A DNA stretch of 64,000 nt, taken from positions 1 through 64,000 of IMG/VR virus record IMGVR_UViG_3300033990_000306, one strand, 5' to 3'. Shown here one piece after another: positions 28,435-36,560 of the stretch. Position 1 is the stretch's first letter, and each line of letters starts with the position of its first letter. The notes beneath the pieces are model-generated. The model was not told where the DNA came from, made no database searches, and saw nothing but the letters and a program-made list of their open reading frames with translations. The DNA is from a virus. The translations under genes were made by a program, and so were the position numbers.

Positions 28435-29733
28435 ATGGTTACAATACCGAATGGTGTTTTATATTATGCTCCGATTACTTTGACTTATTATTATAATGAA
28501 GTAGTTCCTCACGTTGAAATAGACACTTTACAGAATATAACAACCACCTATACAACTACTAACGCTACTATGTTGGGCACTACTTATCAGCAACAGCTTT
28601 TCATTCCTATGAATAATTCTTATAGTACAACAGCTAATTCAGATTGGAGTAATGTAGTGTTTTTTGATGTTGGTGGAAATTTATTGCCTTCTTGGATAGA
28701 GAATTTTAGGGGTATAGGTACTGGAGGGACTACGGCTTTAGTGTGGGTTAAGAATGCTGGGTTTAGTACTAATTCTAGTACAGTTAAAATGACAGTTGCT
28801 AGTACTACTCAAAGCCAAAGTAATTTAATTACAGTTTATACAACTACTTATAGTACTACTAATGTTATTACTTTCAGTAGTACAATGTATATAGGCTTCC
28901 AAGACAAGAGAAACTTTCTCTTTAATTCTGGAGGTACAACGGGGTGTAATTATTTGCTTAAGTTGGGGTTAGGAGGAGTAGACAATGGTAAGCAGGTGTT
29001 TAATTATTATGGAGGGTTTGAGGTACAGGCAATTCCTTTTGATTGGTTAATGATGTTTATTTATAAACCAGAGTTTCCTAGTGATGGGGGAGTGTTAATA
29101 AGTAGTTTAGGGGGATGGCAGGGTTATGTTACTAGTTATCAAACTAAAGTTCCAGAAATATTAGAGTGTATGTTTAATAGTGGGACTGCTAATACAGCCG
29201 CTTTAGGAGTAGTACAGAATAGAGAAGCTGGTATTAATCAACAGCCAGTAGACTTGAGTGACACTAGTTTTGACAACCCAGTAGGAAATTTAGCTCCTAC
29301 ATTTACTTTACCTACAAGAGGGTTTATGCAAATGGAGTTTAATGTTGGGGGTTATTTTGGAGAATGGTGTATAAAGACTAGTAATATGCAAGACCACGTT
29401 TGTGCTGGGTATGCTTTTAATGGGAGAAATTATGTAATGAGTTTATTTGTTACTGCTGACAAATTGCAGGGACAGAGTAATTATGGTAATGTTAATATGA
29501 CTAGTCAGAGTACTAGACAGACTACAGGTATTCCTTTCTTTGAGGTTAATGTGCCGGGTCAGAGTGGGTTTTTAGACTTTGGAAATTTTAGTGGGAGTAA
29601 TACTCAATTCTTTTGGTTGAGGACAAGAGAATATGTTCAGCAACAGCCTTCGGCAGTATATGGAGTATTAAGTAGTAATGTAGTAGCACCGACCTATACT
29701 TTGTCTTTTAAGGAGAGTTTGGGGGTTAATTAA
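28435..29733 (+). CDS. DUF2341-like virion protein
   Basis: NVVFFD.GG.LLPSWIE...VWVK, DNG..VF.YY, WLRTR. Confidence 0.7.
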   Translation: MVTIPNGVLYYAPITLTYYYNEVVPHVEIDTLQNITTTYTTTNATMLGTTYQQQLFIPMNNSYSTTANSDWSNVVFFDVGGNLLPSWIENFRGIGTGGTTALVWVKNAGFSTNSSTVKMTVASTTQSQSNLITVYTTTYSTTNVITFSSTMYIGFQDKRNFLFNSGGTTGCNYLLKLGLGGVDNGKQVFNYYGGFEVQAIPFDWLMMFIYKPEFPSDGGVLISSLGGWQGYVTSYQTKVPEILECMFNSGTANTAALGVVQNREAGINQQPVDLSDTSFDNPVGNLAPTFTLPTRGFMQMEFNVGGYFGEWCIKTSNMQDHVCAGYAFNGRNYVMSLFVTADKLQGQSNYGNVNMTSQSTRQTTGIPFFEVNVPGQSGFLDFGNFSGSNTQFFWLRTREYVQQQPSAVYGVLSSNVVAPTYTLSFKESLGVN

Positions 29734-30488
29734 TGGCAGAAGAGAAGTTACCAGAGGCTATAATGGAATATCAATTAAATGCAATTTTTAAAGCAGTTGG
29801 GCTTCCTTTTACTGGTAGTACTACTTATCAGGAGTGGAGTTTAGTAAATGTAGTAACTACTACTTTTTCAATAACTTATAGTACAACTTTTTTAAATATT
29901 AAAGTGAGTACTACTATTTATGGTAATGGAGTTTTTAATATAATTTCTCCTTCTTCTTATTATGATATTTCAGAAACAGTTATAGCTACAGACGGAATTT
30001 CGACAACAAGTACTACGTTAAGTACGACTACTTTAACATTAGACCCTCGTTTAGGTTATTCTATAAGTATATATTATAAGTACAATAGTGTTATAGAAAT
30101 GCTTGAGAATATTTTAAAATTTAATGGTATTCCTGCTCAGTATATGGCAGAGGTTAAAAACTTACAAGTAAGGACTAATAACCCTTCTGCTGTATTTGTT
30201 ATGGATGAAGTTAAGCCCGTCTTGTATTGGCATAATTGGGCAGACGAATATAATTTTACTTTGCAAATATATGCCCTGAAGCCTAGTGTTGGTCCTTCAG
30301 CAGGATTCGGGGTTTATGATGAAATAGTTAAAAGAGACATTATGTATGACATTATTAACTCTAAGTTGACTACTGGGGGTACGGTTATAGGTTACAATGC
30401 CGTTTCTAATTGGCTAGCTATGAAGCAGAAGAGAGGAATAACTTATGTTGAGTATAAAATAAAAATACTGGTAGTGTATTCTTCATAG
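29733..30488 (+). CDS. Thr-rich virion protein with divergent tail-completion-like domain
   Basis: EVKNL...Y.FTLQIY...KRGITYVEY resembles the two upstream C-termini. Confidence 0.55.
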   Translation: MAEEKLPEAIMEYQLNAIFKAVGLPFTGSTTYQEWSLVNVVTTTFSITYSTTFLNIKVSTTIYGNGVFNIISPSSYYDISETVIATDGISTTSTTLSTTTLTLDPRLGYSISIYYKYNSVIEMLENILKFNGIPAQYMAEVKNLQVRTNNPSAVFVMDEVKPVLYWHNWADEYNFTLQIYALKPSVGPSAGFGVYDEIVKRDIMYDIINSKLTTGGTVIGYNAVSNWLAMKQKRGITYVEYKIKILVVYSS

Positions 30489-30527
30489 AGGGGAATAGGA
30501 TTATATACTAGTTTAAAATAATGGCAT

Positions 30528-31310
30528 ATGACTGATTATACGTTTATAGACACGTTGAATATGTTTGAACACGGTTACAGAGGTATTATAAGGACACTTG
30601 ACGGAGATACCGTTTATATTGACGAGCCAGAAAAATTTAAGCAGGAATTTAAAGAAGACACAGATAAGAAATTTAGAGTTACTGACTCTAATGGGAATTA
30701 CTTGAAGCTAGATGTTGTGGAGAAAGGTTATGATGATGCTAATAAAAGGTTTGAGGGCTATAATGACCTTCTTCACGTTAATAAGTATGATTATGGAGAT
30801 GGGAGAGAAGAGGGAGGAGACCCTAGAAGAAATTTTGTTTTGAGTATAGCTGTTGATATGGCTAGAAAGAGAGGGCTCGGAGAGGAGGGAGATAAGGCTA
30901 TAGAAGGTTATGTTATTAGTAAATTTGACTCCATACAGACTAGGTTAGCCAAATACTATGGTATTAACTGGTTTAAATTTGCTAAAGTGGAGAACCCTTT
31001 TAGAGTTATTATTGTTTCATTCTTGAAGCATTATTTACAGAAAGATATAGACAATATCGTTATGTCTTTTCAGGAAGGGGTTTTGAAGAGTAATTATATG
31101 AATGACAAGCCCGGTATGACACAAATGCTTAATGTTAATTATACTCCAGTTATAGAAGATGAGAAAGCTATGGTTGATACTGGGGTTGACGAGAGTCTTA
31201 ATCCTGATTTGTATAGGGCGGAAATGAACAGGATTAATGAAATGAAAAATAAAAAGAAACAACCGGAAGGTGTATACCACGAGTCTAAAACTCAACAGAA
31301 ATTAAGGTGA
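30528..31310 (+). CDS. hypothetical head-region protein
   Basis: ORF with leaderless promoter, upstream of protease. Confidence 0.55.
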   Translation: MTDYTFIDTLNMFEHGYRGIIRTLDGDTVYIDEPEKFKQEFKEDTDKKFRVTDSNGNYLKLDVVEKGYDDANKRFEGYNDLLHVNKYDYGDGREEGGDPRRNFVLSIAVDMARKRGLGEEGDKAIEGYVISKFDSIQTRLAKYYGINWFKFAKVENPFRVIIVSFLKHYLQKDIDNIVMSFQEGVLKSNYMNDKPGMTQMLNVNYTPVIEDEKAMVDTGVDESLNPDLYRAEMNRINEMKNKKKQPEGVYHESKTQQKLR

Positions 31311-31314
31311 AATC

Positions 31315-31731
31315 TTGTCAGGTAGCAATGACAGTATTGACGTTCCGATTTCAATTTTGATGAATATGAAAGAAGATATAGGTACTTTAACAAATAAAAT
31401 AGAAAATATAGAAACTAAAGTTGATACTATAGACAAGAAGTTAGAAGTATTTACTGAGAAAATTATTCCAAAGTTCGAAGAAAAAGTTGATAATGTCGAA
31501 GATAAAGTTGAAAAATCATTAGTAGTTTTTGACTCTAAGTTAAATTCTTATGAGAAAGAAAATAAATTTCTAATTGAGAAACAAAAAATAGATAGAGACA
31601 AGTCAGAAGTTGCTTTGAGTGAAAAGAGGACTAAAGTACAATTTTTTCAATTAATTGCTTATTTGTTTATTAATGTAGGGGCGAGTGTTTCTACAGTTCT
31701 TATTGTTTTACATTTCTTAGGAGGTATATAA
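31315..31731 (+). CDS. coiled-coil protein with C-terminal TM
   Basis: Heptad repeats and terminal hydrophobic helix; GGTGA SD. Confidence 0.6.
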   Translation: MSGSNDSIDVPISILMNMKEDIGTLTNKIENIETKVDTIDKKLEVFTEKIIPKFEEKVDNVEDKVEKSLVVFDSKLNSYEKENKFLIEKQKIDRDKSEVALSEKRTKVQFFQLIAYLFINVGASVSTVLIVLHFLGGI

Positions 31732-33497
31732 TGCCGATAAAGGATATGACTGAAATTGTAATTAAGGAAGAGGACTCTAGGTTAGTTAAAGGTTTTGCTT
31801 CAGTAGAAATATTAGACAGACAAAACGATATGGTTCCCGTTGACGCTATGCAGGGAGCTATGTTGAAGTATATGGAGAGAGGAGGGCTTATTATGTATGG
31901 GCATTTGAATAAGCCAGTAGGAAAGGTTTTGAGTTGGGAAGTGAAGGAAGAACCTTCGTATGGAGTTCCTGCCGTTGAAATTATAGCACAGATTAATAAA
32001 GGTTATAAAATGGAAGATGAGGTTTGGGAATTAATAAAGTCTCATAAACTTAGTGGGTTTAGTATTGGAGGAACAGCTACAGAAGTTGGGGAAGCAAAGA
32101 TGGCTGATGGTAGTAATGCTAGAGTTTTGAAATCTTTAGAATTGAGCGAAATAAGTATTGTTGTTGAGCCTGCTAATCAGGGTGCATTAATAAATGCTGT
32201 AAGTATTGCTAAGGCTAGTACTGAAAAAGAAATTGATGATAATGAAGTAGAGAAAGTAGCAGAAGAGGCGGTTAAGGAAATTTTATTTGAAAGAGAAATT
32301 TTGAAAGAGAATATTAACAAGAAGAGTTATCCGTGGAGTAAGTGTATTTCTGACCAGAAGAAGCACGGTTATAGTGCTGGGTCAGCAAAAAAGATTTGTG
32401 GTTCTATAAAGGCTAAGTATGGTAAAGGAATTGGAATGTTAGATTATGACGAAGATTTTATTATGCATACTTTTATAATTCAGAAGGCAGAAGGGAAAGA
32501 CCAGAAAGAGTATAAAGCTAGACCTTCGAAAATGTTTATGGAGTATTGTATTCCTAAAGCTCTAGAAAAGGAGAGAGGAGATGAGGGTGGAGCTAGAAGA
32601 TTATGTGGGTTTATATTTTATTATGAATTTCGGGCAGATTTGCTTGAAGCAGAAGATTGGGCTATGAATGGAAAAATTAATGACGATATGCTTCTGCACC
32701 ACAATATACATAGTTATTTTGCTTATCAGACTAAGAGTAGTATTATAAGTAGACATTTGGAGAATGGAGTATTTCCAACTTTGCAATGGTTTGATAAGTG
32801 TGTAGCTAATTATGAAGGGGAAGAGTCTCCAGAGAGAGCTTGTATTTATTTGTGGAGTTCTAATTACTATAATTTGGGTAAAGAGAACGAGCCGAGTGTA
32901 CCTGTTATTGATGACGAAATAAAGAATTTGAGGTTATATTTTCCTAATGTAATAAAGAGTATTGACACAATGATAGAGGTAATGAAGCCTTTTCACGGGT
33001 TTAAGAATTGGGAAGATTGTATGAAGAAAATAGGAAAAGGTTCGAAGAAGTATAGTAAAGAGGTCAAGCAAAAAATTTGTGGAAGACTTAAAGCTGACTA
33101 TGAAAAAGAAAATAACATTGAGAAAGCTTCAAGACTAAAGAGAGAGGAAGTTCCTGATTTCGTTAGTTGTCCTTACTGCGGAGAGAGTGATTTTGAAGTA
33201 GGAGAGAGTTACCCAGTTATACCTAGTGGAGAAGGTCCAGACCCTAGTATAGAGGGAATGTTCTATGAAGCTAAATGTAAGAATTGTGGAAAGACTTCTA
33301 GGTTTACAGTTTGGGATACTGGTAATGACGAGGACATTGAGGTACAATTTGAAGATGAGGAGACCGAGAAAGATTCTCACTATGACCCAGAGATAGTTGA
33401 CGAAAGTGAGGAAGACAAAGAGAAGCGGGAGAAAGAGCGAATAGAGAGATTTCTTAGGGCTTCGAAGGTTGACCAGACAGATAATAAAAAAAAATAG
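31731..33497 (+). CDS. HK97-family prohead protease with long C-terminal repeat extension
   Basis: VKGFASVEILDRQND, H..KPVGKV, LSGFSIGG, LSEISIV.EPAN. Confidence 0.9.
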   Translation: MPIKDMTEIVIKEEDSRLVKGFASVEILDRQNDMVPVDAMQGAMLKYMERGGLIMYGHLNKPVGKVLSWEVKEEPSYGVPAVEIIAQINKGYKMEDEVWELIKSHKLSGFSIGGTATEVGEAKMADGSNARVLKSLELSEISIVVEPANQGALINAVSIAKASTEKEIDDNEVEKVAEEAVKEILFEREILKENINKKSYPWSKCISDQKKHGYSAGSAKKICGSIKAKYGKGIGMLDYDEDFIMHTFIIQKAEGKDQKEYKARPSKMFMEYCIPKALEKERGDEGGARRLCGFIFYYEFRADLLEAEDWAMNGKINDDMLLHHNIHSYFAYQTKSSIISRHLENGVFPTLQWFDKCVANYEGEESPERACIYLWSSNYYNLGKENEPSVPVIDDEIKNLRLYFPNVIKSIDTMIEVMKPFHGFKNWEDCMKKIGKGSKKYSKEVKQKICGRLKADYEKENNIEKASRLKREEVPDFVSCPYCGESDFEVGESYPVIPSGEGPDPSIEGMFYEAKCKNCGKTSRFTVWDTGNDEDIEVQFEDEETEKDSHYDPEIVDESEEDKEKREKERIERFLRASKVDQTDNKKK

Positions 33498-33541
33498 CCA
33501 AAGAAGTTTATACAGTAACTAGAGCGGGTTATAGTTCTGGA

Positions 33542-33907
33542 ATGCCTTTCAGAGGAGGATTATGGTTTCAAGTAGTTTCAGAGCCTAAGCCTCAAATGGA
33601 AGACTTAGAAAATTTATGGGCTAAAGGTAAATCTGACAAAAATGTTAAGGTACATTATGGTAAGGTAGATTTGGAGAGACCATTTTATTTAGACGTTGAT
33701 AATATTTATAAGTTTAATAAATTTATGTATAAAGAATTAAAGGTAGATATGGACGCTTTTAATAGTAGTTCAGCAATTCAAAAGAAAGTTTTTGCCTATT
33801 TAGAGAGTAAGGGTTATGATGGGTTAGTATATTATAGAGACGGAGAACCTATTACTTTAGTAGCTTTTAATCCTTCTGCTGTAGAGTGGTATGATGAAAA
33901 GGCTTAA
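33542..33907 (+). CDS. ADP-ribosyltransferase-like domain (probably reached by -1 frameshift from the protease)
   Basis: L..P...L...GYDGLVY.DG...VAFNP pattern of viral ART-like domains; frame open back to 33488. Confidence 0.5.
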   Translation: MPFRGGLWFQVVSEPKPQMEDLENLWAKGKSDKNVKVHYGKVDLERPFYLDVDNIYKFNKFMYKELKVDMDAFNSSSAIQKKVFAYLESKGYDGLVYYRDGEPITLVAFNPSAVEWYDEKA

Positions 33908-33948
33908 TTTTGTTAAAGTTTATATAGTTGAGAATAATAATGGCTCAT

Positions 33949-34830
33949 ATGTCGAAGAAAAATCCCATTGAACAACTTTTGAGTAGAAAGAAACATAAGA
34001 AGCAGAAAAATAAAGCTTCTGTACCCACTGCTGAGTTTTATGACGAAGATGGGAATTTTATCGGAAGCATAACTAAAGGGAGAGAAATGAAAACAGAAGA
34101 AGAAATAAGGAAAGAGAAAATAAGAAAAGCAATAGACGCTAAGGTCGCTCAGTACAAAGTTAGAAAAGACGAGGAAGAGCTTGTAGAAGAGGAAGAGGAA
34201 GAGTCTGTTGATGTTGATGAAATTAAGGAAATGCTCGCAGAAGTTCTTGCTATACTCAGAGGAGAGGCAGAAGGAGAAGCCGCTTCCGAAGAGTCAGAAG
34301 AAGTCGAAGAGTTCCCTGATGCAGATGAAGTTAAAGCTATTAGAGCCCTCGCTTCAAAGTACGGAGGACTGAAAGGAATTAAAAAGCGGCTTATTGCTAA
34401 AGAAGAGGAAAAGCATAAACCTAAAGAAGCAACGGAGAGCGTTGATACTGGTAAAGATGAGAGAGAAGTGGAGGAAGATGACTTTGGTTCTTTCGAGGAA
34501 CAGGGTAATGAGTCTCCAAAAGTAGCAGACAGAAATGTTCTTTCTGAGAAAGCAAACTATAAGAACGAGTATGGTAAGCCTAAAGAGCTTCCAGAGAAGT
34601 CTCAGCTTAGTCAGAAAGTTATTCCACAGGACTCAATTCCAGATCAATCATCTGTAAGCAGAACGACTAGCAAACAGACCACAGGTAAATCTATGGAGGT
34701 TGGGGCAGTAGCTTCTGTTGAGAAAGGAGAAACTGAGAAAACTAATTCAGATATAGCAGACATTCTTAAAGGAAAGAAGAAAGCTAGGGATGTTATTGGT
34801 ATTCAGAATGGAGGTGTGTTCGGTTGGTAA
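33949..34830 (+). CDS. capsid scaffolding protein
   Basis: Acidic/charged protein between protease and MCP; start inferred from TATA spacing (ORF track gives 33928). Confidence 0.65.
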   Translation: MSKKNPIEQLLSRKKHKKQKNKASVPTAEFYDEDGNFIGSITKGREMKTEEEIRKEKIRKAIDAKVAQYKVRKDEEELVEEEEEESVDVDEIKEMLAEVLAILRGEAEGEAASEESEEVEEFPDADEVKAIRALASKYGGLKGIKKRLIAKEEEKHKPKEATESVDTGKDEREVEEDDFGSFEEQGNESPKVADRNVLSEKANYKNEYGKPKELPEKSQLSQKVIPQDSIPDQSSVSRTTSKQTTGKSMEVGAVASVEKGETEKTNSDIADILKGKKKARDVIGIQNGGVFGW

Positions 34831-36092
34831 GAACACGAGCATTAACTTTTCAGGACATACTAACGTATTACGAAGGTAATGCGGCACAGCCTAATTTCTC
34901 ACTTGGAGAATATCCTAGTATTCAGAAAGCAATAATCAACACAGGACAGGGTCTTGGAGTCTGGAATCCTATTTACGGTTCTCAGGCTTGGTATCAGCTT
35001 AACACAGAAGCAAACTGGTTTTCAGCTATGCCTAAGCTTACTTGGGACAAGTCAGGTTTCAGAACGATACAGGGCTATACTAGAACAGCTTCCACTATGG
35101 CTATTAGTGAAACTTCAAGTCTGCCTACGCCTACAATACCTAACATAAATGTCATAAAGATAACTCCGAAAATTGCCATTAACACGTTTGAAACCTCACA
35201 GGTTGCACAACAGTTGGCTTCCGAGTCGATGGATGATATTTATGGTAACCTTGACGTAATAAGAAACTTCTATGCTACAGAACACGTCAAGCTGTTGAAC
35301 GAACAGATAGGTCAGAAAGCGGTTGGTACTACAGTTGCAACTTCAGTTTCAGGAAGTGGAAGACTACAGTTTGAGAGTATAGACAGAATAATATCTTCAT
35401 ACCCCGAAGCTATAGCGGCTGGTCTTAGTGCAACTACTACGCCTACTATTAATCAGGTTATTAACCCGTGGCTGGGAGCATTACCTCAGAGAGGTCAGGG
35501 ACCTAGTGTCTATGATGCTTTCGTTGTTAGTGGTAGTACAGCTATGGAGAAGAATGACAAGGGAACATTTACAGCCGTTAGTGACACATTTACCCCCGCC
35601 AATATAGCAGTAAGCACTTTGCTTTCAACTATACAGGGAGCGGCAATAAATGGGTCAAACGCTAACGTTGTAATGACTGGTTATAACACCTATGCAAAAG
35701 TAACCAATCTCTTCCAGAGCAGGGTAGAATATTTCCCAATGAGTGAAACTCTTGTGAAGTACGACCTTAATGGTATAGAGAGTGGAGAAGGTGTAATTGG
35801 TGGAGTTCAGGTAAGCACGGTCTTTGGTCTGCCTCTGATAAAAGCTGTAAACACACCTTCAAGTAACGGTAAGTTCGAGAATATGTATTTCTTGGACACG
35901 ACTGATACAGAAGGATATGGTTACGGAAGACTTGGAGTACAGGTTCTTAACCCAACGACTTATCTTGAGACTACAAGCAGAGACTTCATACTGCTACAAC
36001 AGTTGGCATATGAGGGAATGTATTACACCATTGGTGAAAACGTATCCCGTTTCCCGGGCACTCTTGCTAAAATCAGAGATATTACAGGCTAA
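34824..36092 (+). CDS. major capsid protein (HK97 fold)
   Basis: Position, size, NPIYGSQAWYQLNTEAN...PK..W..SGFR motif of archaeal tailed-virus MCPs; terminator follows. Confidence 0.85.
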   Translation: MVRTRALTFQDILTYYEGNAAQPNFSLGEYPSIQKAIINTGQGLGVWNPIYGSQAWYQLNTEANWFSAMPKLTWDKSGFRTIQGYTRTASTMAISETSSLPTPTIPNINVIKITPKIAINTFETSQVAQQLASESMDDIYGNLDVIRNFYATEHVKLLNEQIGQKAVGTTVATSVSGSGRLQFESIDRIISSYPEAIAAGLSATTTPTINQVINPWLGALPQRGQGPSVYDAFVVSGSTAMEKNDKGTFTAVSDTFTPANIAVSTLLSTIQGAAINGSNANVVMTGYNTYAKVTNLFQSRVEYFPMSETLVKYDLNGIESGEGVIGGVQVSTVFGLPLIKAVNTPSSNGKFENMYFLDTTDTEGYGYGRLGVQVLNPTTYLETTSRDFILLQQLAYEGMYYTIGENVSRFPGTLAKIRDITG

Positions 36093-36108
36093 AATCATTA
36101 AACAATTT

Positions 36109-36144
36109 GCCTCCTAGTTTTTTTGGAGGCTTTATTATTTTTTT
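36109..36144 (+). terminator. hairpin plus T-tract terminator after MCP
   Basis: GCCTCC(36109-14)/GGAGGC(36125-30) stem followed by TTTATTATTTTTT. Confidence 0.7.
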
Positions 36145-36185
36145 ATAATTGAGTATTTTTAAGTATTAGTTAGTATTTTAGTGGT

Positions 36186-36497
36186 ATGGACATAAGTGTG
36201 AGTACTTTCAAAGTAGACATTTTTAAAATTGAGTCTATAGTAGAGTATACTGACGAAGGAGAATATGTTGATACTAATTTCGTAATGTCTCTTTCACATA
36301 AAAGTTCGAATGAGTATGATACTATGAAGGCTTATTCTATTCTTAATTCTATGAATAAGAGTGTTGGAAGTTATAGTGATTATGTAGATTCTTTGGTTGA
36401 TTATGTAGTTGGAACATTTGACGTTTTAAAAGCGGCTGTTAAGTTTACATTAGAGGACAGAGGAAGAATTGAAGATGATGACGGTATGTATGCTTAA
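36186..36497 (+). CDS. hypothetical protein (weak QueF-like T-fold resemblance)
   Basis: Leaderless promoter; size and pattern only. Confidence 0.45.
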   Translation: MDISVSTFKVDIFKIESIVEYTDEGEYVDTNFVMSLSHKSSNEYDTMKAYSILNSMNKSVGSYSDYVDSLVDYVVGTFDVLKAAVKFTLEDRGRIEDDDGMYA

Positions 36498-36560
36498 GTT
36501 TATTAATTTAGTATTTTTAGAATAAAAAAACGAATAAATACTCAAAGGGAATGGGGAAGA

